DNA of 64,000 bases from the NCBI GenBank assembly GCA_036172245.1, contig JAYWIR010000016.1, positions 496,001 through 560,000 of the forward strand. Direction: 5' to 3'. Under the pieces are notes generated by a model that was not told the DNA's origin, made no database searches, and saw only the letters and a program-made list of their open reading frames with translations. The translations under genes and the position numbers were made by a program. Shown here in pieces: positions 1-11,229 of the stretch (within the stretch, counting starts at the first letter, position 1; every line of letters begins with the position of its first letter). The stretch is from Raillietiella orientalis (taxonomy: Eukaryota).

Positions 1-99
1 TGCACCATCGTATCTTGCCGAAGGTTCTAGACATTGAAGGATGTGGGTGACATCAGGCGTCCAAGCTTAACCTGGAGCTCTGAATTCATTGAGGAATGC

Positions 100-900
100 G
101 AATGCAATACCGAGCTCGCGATGGATCTATCGATTTTCCCTCACCGTTCCAGGATGGAGAGATCCTTTTGGAAGTGTGTGGACAGGAAGGGGAAATCCTC
201 CGGCTTGTTCTGTGAACAGAACCCACAGATGGGTACACGCAAAACCGAATTCGAACCATCTTTTCTAGGGTTCACTCGAAGTGGAAGCCCCTGGGGCAGA
301 CCACGAACAGAACGGCTCTCGTCCACTTGCTGTGATTGGCTGGAAGCTTTCAGATTCCGGATAATTCGACACGGGAATGGCATCTCCATCTTCAGAGGAG
401 GCCGTTACCTGGTTTGAGGCACCACAGACAGGATTCGAGCTTCCCACTGAGATGTGAGATCCCTTGAATCTCGTGGACTTTCTGGAAGTTTCTGGATCCT
501 GAGATGCACGGTGATGGAAGCGAGCTACCATTTGCTGATGGTTAGGCCGTCATCCCATTCCATCCTATTTGACTTCCCGGCGTGCGGTTTCTTTTTGACC
601 GCAAGATTCCGCGTTCCCGTGAAGCTCCCGCCTTCGAAGCCAATCACTGCATCAGACACAAGCTGATGTGGGAAGGAAGAGGAAGCAATGAAGCAGCACT
701 TCAAGGATTCATTTACCCAAGATCTTTTTCGACAAGTCGCTTCAGAACAGAAACCTTTGATCTCTTCCCTCATGGGCGAGTGCTGTGGTTCTAGAAGAGG
801 GGACACTTCTGACAAGGTCCGAGGCGCCTCAGGGACCGGGCGCCAGTCTCCCCGGGTCGTGTTGGGCTTCGCTCGAAAGTGAGAAGGATCCACTGATGGG
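100..900 (-). mobile_element. Degenerate R2-like non-LTR retrotransposon, reverse transcriptase region
   Basis: Across frameshifts, in order: TRNLAVKKKPHA, RP-TISK/MVARFHHR (cf. RPITI..L.R.FHRIL), RIIRNL, RGLPQGLPL (cf. RGV.QG.PLSP). Confidence 0.65.
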
Positions 901-1704
901 CGAAGGGTCGAGCACTAACAAAAGACTCCGTTCTTCACACCTGAATCTGTCTTTCGGCCCTGAGAAATCTGGCGTGTGCGCATTTCCATGGAGCATGGGA
1001 TTTGGATTCCAGCTGCCCAGTGTGACCGCCGGACTCACCAGAATCTTTTGGCATCACTTTCTCTCTTCTGTTTCTGATACCTCCATCAGGCTGAGGCTCA
1101 AGAGCTTGCCGAATTTCCTGCTCCTTGTTGGCAGCCGAGTATGTATCAGGAAAAATCGAGACCCGCAAGTCTTACAGCAATGCAACGAAGAAGCGCATCG
1201 AAAACACTTCAGGGTTGTTTGGTGACCAACCCTTGGAGGTCGGTTTGCTTCATCCTTGGATTGCAGTCGGGATAGACGGAGAATTTCCCAGAGATTCCGA
1301 GAGCCGGTTCCGTGTGTTGCATCACGAACGGATATTTGAAATCCAAAAACACTCCGTCACCTAGGCAACGGCACCGCTGATTCGCCTTTGCCACCATCGT
1401 TTTCCATAATGCTGATGGAGTTTTATTCAAACGAAGCTGCTTCCAGTTACCGTATTCTTCCGTCTGACCAAAAGATATCATACGATCTGTGTACACCGAG
1501 CATGCGGAGAACACTTTTACCGATTGTGCACTCCCTGGATAAGACTGCACTCGTGAGCACGTAGAAATGGCAAAAGTATGGCCAGAGATACCATCAGAAA
1601 TGAGTTACCAGAAAGGTCACCACACGAATGCATTGGCAAGTGGGCAACGTGACATGATGGAAACCGTTTTTGCGTTCTTCCGCTTTCTCTGCTTTTCCTC
1701 CACC

Positions 1705-1867
1705 TCTTTTTTTTGTTTTTCGGATTTTCTTTTTTTTTTGGTTTGCCAAGTGCTGAAGAACCGTTCATCACCTTCGGAGGAAGAGGAGGGAGGGAGGAGG
1801 GGTTCACGAAGCTCTTTTAATAACATCCATTCCACTTGAAGGTGCGTGGAACTCTTCAAGTTATAGG
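1705..1867 (-). repeat. Family B 3' terminus with A-rich tail
   Basis: Minus-strand aacttgaagagttccacgcaccttcaagtgg...aaagagcttcgtg...ggttcttcagcact matches 43317-43420 and 57728-57820, then an A-rich tail (T-runs at 1707-1739). Confidence 0.8.
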
Positions 1868-1871
1868 TTTA

Positions 1872-2050
1872 TCACCCGCCGGAACATTTATTATAAAAAA
1901 TAAAATAAACACACGTCTGTAGGGCCATCGGCCCTACATCGTCCGAAAATGTTCGGAACCTACCGAGTAACTGGCACGCAGGCCGGCTGGGTTCGCATCG
2001 GCAGCGGAGGGGAAGGGGGCAAACAAAAATAAAAATAAAACAAAACAAAA
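1872..2050 (+). repeat. Family A module (hairpin plus A-rich linker), copy 1
   Basis: ctggcacgcaggcc.gc.gggt.cgc.tcggcagc and ggaaggg...aaacaaa are shared with 10800-11000 (-); weaker match to 3400-3600. Perfect hairpin at 1918-1938. Confidence 0.75.
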
Positions 2051-2059
2051 CTCTGGGGG

Positions 2060-2660
2060 CACGGGAAGGGATCGCTGTCCTCTGGAGGATGCTGGCAAGT
2101 TCCATCCGAGTATGCTCCAGGTGGGATCATCTTGCTGCCGTCCTCATGAAGCGCAGGACGAAGCGGATTGCGTCCCTATTGCGCCATCCTCCTCTCGAGT
2201 AGTTCCAGGCCTCTGGCAGAATCTCGCGGGCAAAGAGCAGCAAAGAGCTGCTGGGGATGCAGCAGGCGAAAGGGCATCGCGCACGAAGAGGCGCTTTATC
2301 ACGTCCTTGAGATTGTCCATCGGTGCCACAAGGGCCGTTGCCTAACGCCACCATAGGGGCCGGAGGGCAACACAAGCTACGGGCAGGTGCGGAAGGATTT
2401 CCTTTCCCCGCATTTGCAACAGTTGGGGTTCACAGCCCACCGGGTCCGGTGAGACCGGAGGGCGTTGCACAGGAGACCCCAGCGCAACAGCAGAAGTGCC
2501 GACTCTTACCACCTCATGGAGAGGGTCCGGTTGTTCTACAGCGCTAAGGACCACTCGAGGTCCTGTGGGATTTCCAGCAGCTCACCCCAGCCCAATAGCT
2601 CTTTCGATGGGACTCTGGGGGTCGCAGCGTCCGTGAGTTGGCCCGTGGTCCAACCACCTA
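2060..2660 (+). mobile_element. R2-like thumb/CCHC/RLE remnant
   Basis: GKG..QVP, LMKRR..ASLLR, RGQRAAKSCWGC...EALYHVLE-CP, RHH, VRPEGVA, GLWGS. DNA match to 10560-10790 (-). Confidence 0.6.
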
Positions 2661-3090
2661 ATTCCTTCGCTCTTCCACCAATCTCACATCGGACCTCCCT
2701 TCTGGTCGGCTGTCACTGCCCAGATGCTCCCTGAGGGAGAGCAGTGCCGCTGCCAGGGAGGCCCTTTCTGCCCAAGCACGAGAGGCGGGCTGCACGATGA
2801 CGTCCTGCAGCGAGCGGTTGTTGTAGAAGGAGTGCAGCAGTCGCTGCCGCATCTCCGGGATCACTTCGCCCTTCTGCGTCCATGTGAGAACGGTTTCCTG
2901 CAACCAAGCGATACTGTTCGTCGGCCGGCAGGAGATCCAAGTGTTGGTCATGGTCAGCTTGGCCACCCGCCGGAGTCCCAGTTCGCAGCTTGACACGTTG
3001 CGTCTGTGCTGCCGCGTCAGGAACGGAGGCAGTTCCACGTAGCCGGTGGCTCGCTTGAGCAGGTGTCGTGCGGGAATAGGGGTTAGCCAA
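2658..3090 (-). CDS. Unidentified coding fragment with strong G/C third-position codon bias
   Basis: Open frame ...RHLLKRATGYVELPPFLTRQ...WLQETVLTWTQKGEVIPEMRQRLLHSFYNNRSLQDVIVQ; codons mostly end in G/C (ctg, aag, gcc, acc, tac). No family recognised. Confidence 0.35.
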
Positions 3091-3099
3091 GGAGGAATC

Positions 3100-3290
3100 G
3101 GCCTATGAATCCAGGAAGACTCCAGAGAAAGGAGCCTGTTCTTTTCACGTTTGGGAAGAACCCTAAAGGGAGCCCTCGCCCTGGTTGTCTTCGAAGGGAT
3201 CCCCGAAGAAATCTCGTCCTTATTCTCTCCGAAGGGGTGTTCCGTAGGAAAGGGAGGGACTCCTAAATTTCTTCTTCGGAGAGAACCGGC
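3100..3290 (-). repeat. Family B middle segment
   Basis: cctatgaatccaggaag (3102-3118) and cacgtttggga...ctcgccctggt.gtct.cgaaggga match 10123-10240. Confidence 0.85.
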
Positions 3291-3344
3291 ATCCGTTCCA
3301 ACCAGCTCCGCACTGAAAGTCTACAGGCCAGCTTGCGTCATCCT

Positions 3345-3600
3345 GCACACGGGACTCGAAACCCAGGACGCATTCACTTCTCGGCACCGATCCTTATTTT
3401 CGCCCGGTCATTCCGGAACGTTTGTTGTAAAAAAGTCATATAAAATATAAAAATGCCCTTCTTCGTAGTGGCTGCACATCACCACTGCGAAGGGAAATTC
3501 CGCCGCGGAGGCGCTGCTTCACGTGGGCAGCTCACCGCTGAGGTCCGCACAGGAGGATTGGGGAAGGGGTAAACAAAAACAAAAAAACACACGCACAAAA
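3345..3600 (+). repeat. Family A module, copy 3, preceded by part of the H head (gggactcgaaaccc)
   Basis: ggtcattccggaacgtttgttgtaaaaaa, a hairpin at 3462-3491 and ggggaaggggtaaacaaaaac are collinear with copies 1 and 2. Confidence 0.6.
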
Positions 3601-3619
3601 GTTGAGTCTTAAAAAATGT

Positions 3620-3995
3620 GAGGGTAAAGGGATCGAGGATTTCTTCCTGGCGTCCTCAGCACCCTCCGGAGGACGTTGGCAACTTGCTCCTCTTGCTGGA
3701 GAGATGCGGCCTTCCTCACGAAGGTGCAGACGATTGGGACGACCTCATCACTCGAGTGGCCTTTCGGCGCAGCTTCTCGCCGCCACGATCCCACGAAGGC
3801 CGCACGGAGCTGCGAGGGAAGCTGCAAGAGACATCGAGTCGCGCGCGAAGAGGCACAGAAAAAAAACCCTTTTCCGTTGCCCATCGGGAGTGGGGGGGTC
3901 GCAACGGAGCGTTTCCAGTTACTCGGGAGGGCAGCACAATCCAGCAACAGGTGAGGGAAAGTCTCCCGTTTCCCACACCTGGCACAGTCTGAGGG
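3620..3995 (+). mobile_element. RLE-element C-terminal remnant related to 2060-2660
   Basis: Shared gggatcg...cctc.ggagga.g.tggcaa start and ggga.t.gggggtcgca.cg end; RRCRRLG knuckle-like peptide. Confidence 0.45.
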
Positions 3996-4059
3996 CTACG
4001 TCCCCTCTTGTCCAACGGTGGACCCGTGCGTTGCATGGGATCGCCCAGCGCAACAACTG

Positions 4060-4145
4060 GGCGTCGATCCTTTGCAGGAATTCGAACCCACAACGCTAAA
4101 TACCACGCGCGGAGACCGCGGCCACATGGCCACCAACGCGGGCAT
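4060..4145 (-). mobile_element. tRNA-derived SINE-like head (H), copy 1
   Basis: Minus strand has A-box-like TGGCCATGTGG (4122-4132) and B-box GGTTCGAATTCC (4077-4088). gcggtctccgcgcgtggta is identical to 42702-42720. No intact cloverleaf. Confidence 0.75.
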
Positions 4146-4249
4146 CTTGGCATTTGGCAGTTTGCTACGGGCGGTCGTTCCTTGCCGATGCGGTGCTGAT
4201 TCAGCCTAGAAGCGTGCGTGCATGCCAGGCAGGGAAACGCTTCCCAGCC

Positions 4250-5080
4250 TCTTCTCCAAGATGGTAGCTCGCGATTCCCTCTTAAGATATGAAGAAGATG
4301 CTCAACGGATTCTTTCGAAACAGGACGAAGGGGTTTCGCAGTTCATGCAAGCATCAAAGCAGCTCTCACAAGCGAGAATGCTTCTCGTCTTCAAAAGACT
4401 CGCTGCCTGCATGGAACAACAGAAGAATTTGTGTGGATACCGTGAGAGGAGCGCAAATGACCCCCTCTAAAACTACTTTCTTTGCATCATCATGGTCCAG
4501 AGAACAGCCAGAATTCCGCTCTTGAATCTCCTTCTGATCCTGCGAAGAGTTTGGCACACCTTTCATCAAAAAGAGAGGACAGGAGGGAGCTGCTTCAAGA
4601 AACCCGCAGCGCGGCCACAAAGCAACAAGAGTTTCCTCTCGGCGGCTCGTGCCCAGCGCTTCGATGGAATCTTGAAGCTACGTGGCAAGGCGGAAGGTGC
4701 CAGTCCCTTTACGCTGCCGACTCGCTGCGCCATCGTGGATCCTGAAAAATTAACCAGGCCAGGAACGGTGACTACGGATGCAGAGTTGGCTCTTAGCTAA
4801 GAGGAACCTCGAAAAACCACGGCCTGCTGCATACAGCACTACTCAGCAGCATTGTTCTGGAACACACCTCCTCACGATCATGCAACGGATTAAGGTTATG
4901 AGCACGAGCATCTCCTCAGTCATTAAGCCGGTGAAGATTCGCCGGCTTAATGACTTGTCGGGAGCAGCAACTCATCCCTCATCTTCTGCAGCTTATCGTA
5001 GGTCTTCGCTTGCGAAAACGCTGGCTAAATTCAGTATTCCCGTCGACAACTCTCCAATAAAGGAAATTCCACAGAACACG
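4250..5080 (+). mobile_element. Very degenerate non-LTR RT remnant
   Basis: PLLNLLLILRRV, RFDG, CAIVDPEK, RLNDLSGAA, GLRLRKRW in RT motif order. Confidence 0.4.
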
Positions 5081-7469
5081 TAATGCGGACGTCACACCTG
5101 ATCGCTACAAGAACCGAGTGCACACTCCTCCTCTCCCTCATCATGTGAAACGATCCTCCCACATCCTGACTCCCCTCACATCCATGAATTACGGATCTCC
5201 TGTACCCGAAAAACATCGACTATTTAAACACAGCATGAATCAACAAACGATGGTGAACTAAGACCCCTGTCCTTAACCCCAATTCCCACAAGCGTGTTCC
5301 CAACCGACTCCATGGCGAATGAGCAATCACCTCACGTTTCATATCTCACGTTAATAGTGGACCATTTCCGGTTAGTAGTGGGCTTATTTCCAGTGTGCAC
5401 AGTGTTCGTTTCCCGAAGCTCCGCGCTGTCTAACGTGCATGCGCCCTGCCTTTACAAGCGCACTGCGCTTGCGCACACTCAGTGCACCCTCGTATCGGAC
5501 TGATGGAGTCGCGCGCACGGAAAGCGTGTTTTCTCTTCGAAGCAAAGTTCTTCCCTCCAGTGGAACTGATGCCCTGCTTCAAGAGGGCAGATCTATTTCC
5601 TCGAACTACGTATCTTTGTCCTCGAGCACCGCTGGCTGTTCCCTCTTGCTTCTGCAAGCTTTCCGTGTGCGGAACGGAAGAGGTCTGCCAAGCGAGGAAG
5701 ACCCGAGAGTCTAATGATGCTGCACGCTGAGTAGAGAAATCTGCGAGCTTTTTCCAGCCTCTCGCAAAAGGAAGCGAAGAGACTGCATCCGTGAAAATGA
5801 CCAATCCTTCCCTCCCTCCCAGAATCGCCCCGAATCCAGGCAATCAATCACCTTCATGTGAAGGGCTTCTTCGCATTGGTCTGAAAGGGTGAGCCACTCT
5901 TGTCTCCTGAGATAAACTGGCGGCCGCGGGAATTAACTGACCTTCTTGTCATCATCCTGAGGCCTCTGGATACCCGACTTCTTTCCAAGTTGCGGCTCCC
6001 TAATCCCGTATAAGGGAAAAGCGAAGGAATCGTCGCACTGAGGTTTCGAATCGAGAGAATAGAAAGATCGACTAACTGACCGTGAACAGCTTCATCATTG
6101 CCATCGGGATTGAGTGAAGCCTTCTTGATCTCCTCCTTGCGCCGAGAAACCAAGGAAACGGAGGTTGTTCAGAGGACGGAAAAGGGAAACCTTTTCTTCC
6201 ATTTCCTCGGCGTCCAAAGATCCGAAGAAGCTCTGTACAAGGAGGTCCATCAAGTCTGCTCAGAGAGCAACGGCTGAATAACAGAGAAACATGCATGACC
6301 AACACGAGTGAGTGGTTTCTCGTGCTCTGAGGTGGGCAAAAGCGGAGGAAGGGAATGGGCTTTTGAAAGGCAGCAGCCCATCAAAAGGGCGACCCGACAC
6401 TTCTTAGGGCTGCTGAAAGTAGGGCACTTCTTCGAGGTTGAGAGGAAAAGATTTGTCTCCATGACAGCTGATGAGAACCTTGAGGAATTCATCCTGCCGT
6501 GAGAAACCCTTTGCTTGCACCAGCAGGCTTGGGAGGGTACGATGACGTCACGATCTGCTCCAGGCACATGATCACAGCTCAAAGCTGCACCCAGATGAGA
6601 TGCGGATGATCTGCAAGCGAGGAGCTGCAAGAAAGGACCTAGACTCCCACTCCGGACTCTGGTCTCGAGTGGGGTATTTGCTTTTCCTTCTCCATAAAGT
6701 AGTTCTATGAGCTCTCAACAGATAGGTGGCTCTTCAGCTGATGAGAACAGATTTTTGTTTCAGGAAAAAGTTCAAGTACGGGATGCAGATGCCCGTCACC
6801 TAGAGTGTTTTCAGTCCCGTGCGCCGCCCGACATGCTCGTGGTGCTTGGAGACTCCTGACTCGGATCCCATGCAGCAGGACACATTCCGTGGGTCGCATT
6901 CGGCAGACCTGTCGAGGAACTCGGGGCTCCCCAGCATTCAGTGGTTTTTTTTCTCGTCTTTTCCATCGGGGGAGAATCAGGAGAAGCGTGGCAAAGAAAG
7001 GAGGCCGAATTCGGGAAACGGCGCCTTCAGCAGAGGAGTCCTGCGAAAACCTCGGTGTCCGGGGAGCGCCCAGAGTGCCATTGTCGGGAAGGACGCCCAA
7101 CCGTGGCACTCCAGCGCTCTTCCCCTTCTGTCTTCCCCGAAACCCGGTCCTCCCAGTCCCGTGGGAGACTAGGAATCACCTTCGGTCGAAAGACACAGGT
7201 TCTCAGAGGAGCCCGAGCTTGCGCGAGCGCCACGAGATCTCAAAGAGCGACAAAATGAAAAGGGAATAGGGGACTGCCTGACATACAGACAGGAAACATG
7301 AGGCGGAAGATGGTGATGTGCGCCAGCATCCAGCATAGGCGGGAAACAAGGTGGGACATCTTGAGTCGCCAGCAAGAATGAGTGGCTGTCCATGAGTTTC
7401 TGATTAGATGACCAGGTCACATATGAATACCCGACAGCCGACGCGCGCATGAGAAAGAAAACCGGGAAG

Positions 7470-7980
7470 ATGGGAACAATCGAATGGGTTCAATATTCAG
7501 CAGATGGATTCAGCAGTCGGACGACGATCAAGGGGGAGCGAAGCAAGCTCGCGACCCAGGTCAAGAACGCTGCCCTGAAACTCTGGGACGTGGCAGTCGC
7601 CAATGAGACCATCCAGAGAGCAGATTCGAAGCTAATGCCGGGTCGAGTGCTACAGGGCGAAGGAAAGTCGTTTGTCCCTTACGAGCAGGGGTCAGGGGCG
7701 TCGGAAGTAGGGGGGTACATATCGAGTTTTTCAGTTCTCCTCCACTACCGTAAGAGCAGTCATCGTAGGATTATCGTAGGATTTGGAGGGATTCAGGAGA
7801 CGATGAAGCGTGGAAGACTTGAACATTCTCATGAGGCAGAAGGAACACGTCGGAATGGGAAGGGACACTTCATTCCTCGGATGCGTAGTGAACACATAGG
7901 GTTGGTGAGCATCCGTTATGGAAAGAACTTCGAAGGTCAGAGGAAGAGTTGAAAAGGAGAAGATGCTAGAATTTCTTCCT
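7470..7980 (+). mobile_element. R2-like C-terminal remnant (thumb, knuckle, RLE)
   Basis: IEWVQY, NAALKLW, CRVEC..KES (other frame), HRRII, GHFIPRM, LVSIRYG (cf. DVTVRYE). Confidence 0.5.
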
Positions 7981-8099
7981 TCTACGTTTTGCCACCCTTG
8001 TTCTAGCATCCTTTTACGCTCCAAGTTTTCAGTATGGCCGGGACCCGTGCTGGTGACGCATTCTGGGTCACCAGGATGAACGGCTGCCTGAAAGCTTCT

Positions 8100-8660
8100 C
8101 ACACGATGCTCAGGTGGCGATAACTAAGGAGACCCACCACGAACCCTCATGTGTACCAAATTTCCATAGGAAGCTCCAAAACTATCCGGCGACCCAAGAG
8201 TGTCCTTTCGCACGGAGGGCAAACACGGCGGCGATGTAGAAGCGTGGTGTCGCCAAGGAGAAGAGTTTAGAAGCGCGGGATGGGTTCCGAAAGCAAAAGG
8301 AGCAACACATCCCACGGAGCGAAACGATCTGGGTCCGTGATTCCCGGGCTACTGTCCTCGAGCCGTTCCCGTCCGCGGGATGCCACCCGCCCACGGCCGA
8401 GGAAGGCTTGCGCCACAGGTTGCAGAGACGCACGGAGACGGCGGCGCCAATCCTGGAATCCATTCGGCGACTCTTGGGGGTTCACCAGGATGGCGAGTCC
8501 CTACTCCCCGTCTCCATTCTTCCGACCGAAGCCGGCGCCTTCTAGGGGAACGCAATCAAAACGTTTTGCCTTGGACCGCCCCGTCCGTCCATCACGGCAG
8601 GAAACACTGAGCAGACGAAGGCACTCTTGCCGGGACGCGCGAAACCCAATCCCTTTTCTC
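8100..8660 (-). mobile_element. NeSL/Utopia-like C-terminal remnant
   Basis: RFDCVPLEGA (cf. ARLNCVPLNGA), WRRRLRA, PDRFAPWDV, FALRAKG followed by IV.GA. Confidence 0.6.
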
Positions 8661-9980
8661 ACGACGTGGCGCCTCGTTACTCCAGCGCCAAACATCTGTG
8701 CCCGCGGGAACGTCGGGAGAATCCGACTACAGGAAATTCGCGTTCATCTTGCTGCCAGATGGGTGTATCCAGCTAAGGGAATGTTTATCCAGAGTTGTTG
8801 GAGGGGAAGGGGGGAGAGGGAGGATCCGACCCCGCTCCCTTGGCCTGACCTTTCGAACGCGGGAGTCGGTGCGCGTTCGGGCGATCGCGCGTCGTTCCGC
8901 GATGGCACGGAGTTCCCTCCTCCCTCCCTCCCGCGAGCACGACCGACGACGACGACCCTTCCCGAGGAACGCGCGCGCCGAGCTCTCGAAGGAATGCGCG
9001 CCCCTCGCGGTTTCCTGCTCTCCTGGACTCTGCCGATCGGGCTCGCGTTTTCTCACGAGGTGGGGCATCCTCCTGCAATTAGCCTTCTTTCCAAGGGGAG
9101 AGGGCTCCTGCTCCCGAGTGTGGGAAGAGAGCATTCCCGCATGCCTTTTTTTTTTTTTTTTCGACGGATCGGTAGTCGCATCCTTCCCTTCCGCCGGCCG
9201 CGGGAGTTGAGTTCTCATCCAGGGACACGAGGCGTTCCGTTCCCTGATGAAAAGTGGTCACGTTGACTCTCCCGTCCGGAGAGAACTGCGGACGAGCGGC
9301 ACCGCGAAACAGGACCCTCGGGGGCGGGGGTTCGTAGGCGCGCTCTCTTGGGAGAGCTCGGAAACGTGACATCACGGAGGTTTCGGAAGAGCGGCGGCTC
9401 CCATCCGATGCGGGGAGCCTGGTCACGTGCGGCCAAAAAGGGATGTCAAGAAGGCGAATACCGATGGAGCGCGAGCACCTCCGCACGCCTCCGAAGATTC
9501 GAAGCGACCTTGCCGCGAGGAATCCGGCCCAGCTTCCTCTTTGGGTGTGTAAGACGAGTAGATCTGGCAAACCTGCGCCGTCATTCGACCCGTAGAGATA
9601 GCAGCAGCGCCTCGATCTCCCCGAGCTGAAGACCACGGCAAAAAAAAAAAAAACCTTCCAAAGAAGAGCGGCAATCGGAGATTCGGCAGGAAGACGTCAC
9701 GTGTTCAAGGTCTTCAGGAATGAGTAGGCAAATCCCGCAACGGTTTCGTGGCAGGCAGGCAGCAAGATTGTGGACCAACAGCCTCTTTCCGGCAGACGGT
9801 TCTGAAGACGGCGTGCCAATAGCCTACGCGTCGGCTACTGGAATGCCCGGCAAATCAGTCGACCTCGGCGCCCTCGGCGCCACGCGGTTCGCTCTGGTTT
9901 CAAGCCGTGCCGGGTACTTAGCGATGTTCAAGGTCACAGGAACTGAACATCGGCCTGGGGCACTTGCTGACGCGACTCTG

Positions 9981-11190
9981 CTTTCTTTTTTCTCGGTTCG
10001 CCAAATGCTAGAGAATCACCCGTCTCCGTAGGGTGGGCTCATGAAGCGCTTTCACACCTCCCACGCCATCCAAAGGTTCAAATAACCCTTCAAGAGTTAG
10101 GAGTGAACCCGAAAGAACCCACCCTATGAATCCAGGAAGGCTCTGGAGGAAGCAGTCCATTCCTCTCACGTTTGGGAGGGAACCTCGAAGAGAACTCTCG
10201 CCCTGGTCGTCTCCGAAGGGAATCTCTTCCTTGTTCTCTGCAGAGGGATTCCCTGGGGGGGACGCTGCTCCCCATTTCTTCTCCCATGGGAACCCGGAAA
10301 GGATCCTCTCCTTCCTTGCTCAAGAACCACGAAAGGGACACTTCCCAATTTCTCTGAAGGGCGCTCCCCGAAGAGAGCAGCACGCTTCTTGATACTCTGG
10401 AGAGGCAACCCCTGAGGGAGCTCCATGGTACGCGATGGAGAGTCTCCCCTCGAGGAGAGAACGGCTCCTTTTTCACAACCGGTGCGGAATTCCGAAGGGA
10501 ACCGGCTCCTTGATTCCTGGAAGGACCCTAGAGGATCAGGGAAGCTGATTGGAAGAATCTGGCTAGTCGTCGGCCTCATTCCCAGCAGCACTTTGCTGCC
10601 TACGCGGTAGGATCGTGGCCGCATGAAGCAACGCGAAAGGAGGCCACAACGACAGGGACGTCACCTACTTTGCCGTCCTCTTCATGAGGACAGCGTCAAG
10701 ATCTTGGAACCACGAAACAGGAACTTGCCGGCATCCTTACAAGGATACAGCGGACGCCCTCCAACACACAGTGATCCCTTCCCGAACCCCTCCCCCTCCC
10801 TTCATCTTTTTTGACTGCAGTTTTTTTTGGTTTGTTTGTCTTCCCTTCCCTCGTGCTGCCGAGGCGCACCCTGCTGGCCTGCGTGCCAGATCCTGGCAGG
10901 TTCCTTTTCGTATTCATAAGTAACGTGGCAGGATCAAAAGTCCTGCCACAGACATGTAGGTTTATAAATAAAACGCCCCAGCGTGACCAGGTGTCATACC
11001 AATGCGCACCTTTATCCTGCAGGAAAACCAGCGTCGTTCTGAGAGGAGAGGGGGGGGGATTCGAATCCCACGGCGCACCCCCCGTTCTCGGCGTCAATCC
11101 TTTCCTCCCCGGGTGGGATTCGAACCCGTGACTCCAGGTGCCAGGAGCGTTCGAGCTCAGGCACGCAGCCTCCGACGCTGGCCGCGTAGC
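9981..11190 (-). mobile_element. Composite candidate SINE: tRNA-like head H + module A + R2-like thumb fragment + family B 3' end + A tail
   Basis: Head 11026-11190 matches 42690-42815. 10560-11000 matches 1872-2260. 9981-10525 matches 42880-43430 and 57325-57830. A-rich end at 9982-9991. Confidence 0.6.
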
Positions 11191-11229
11191 TGTGGTCGAA
11201 CGCGTCTCGAACACCAGCTGGGACCCGAG

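Noticed and set aside
8280..9266. 328-aa ORF
   Set aside because: Antisense to a Utopia-like remnant and running through a GC-rich block and a poly-T run; not protein-like.
9244..9290. Hammerhead core CTGATGA; also ~6468, ~25096 (rc), ~35290
   Set aside because: No stem II followed by GAAA.
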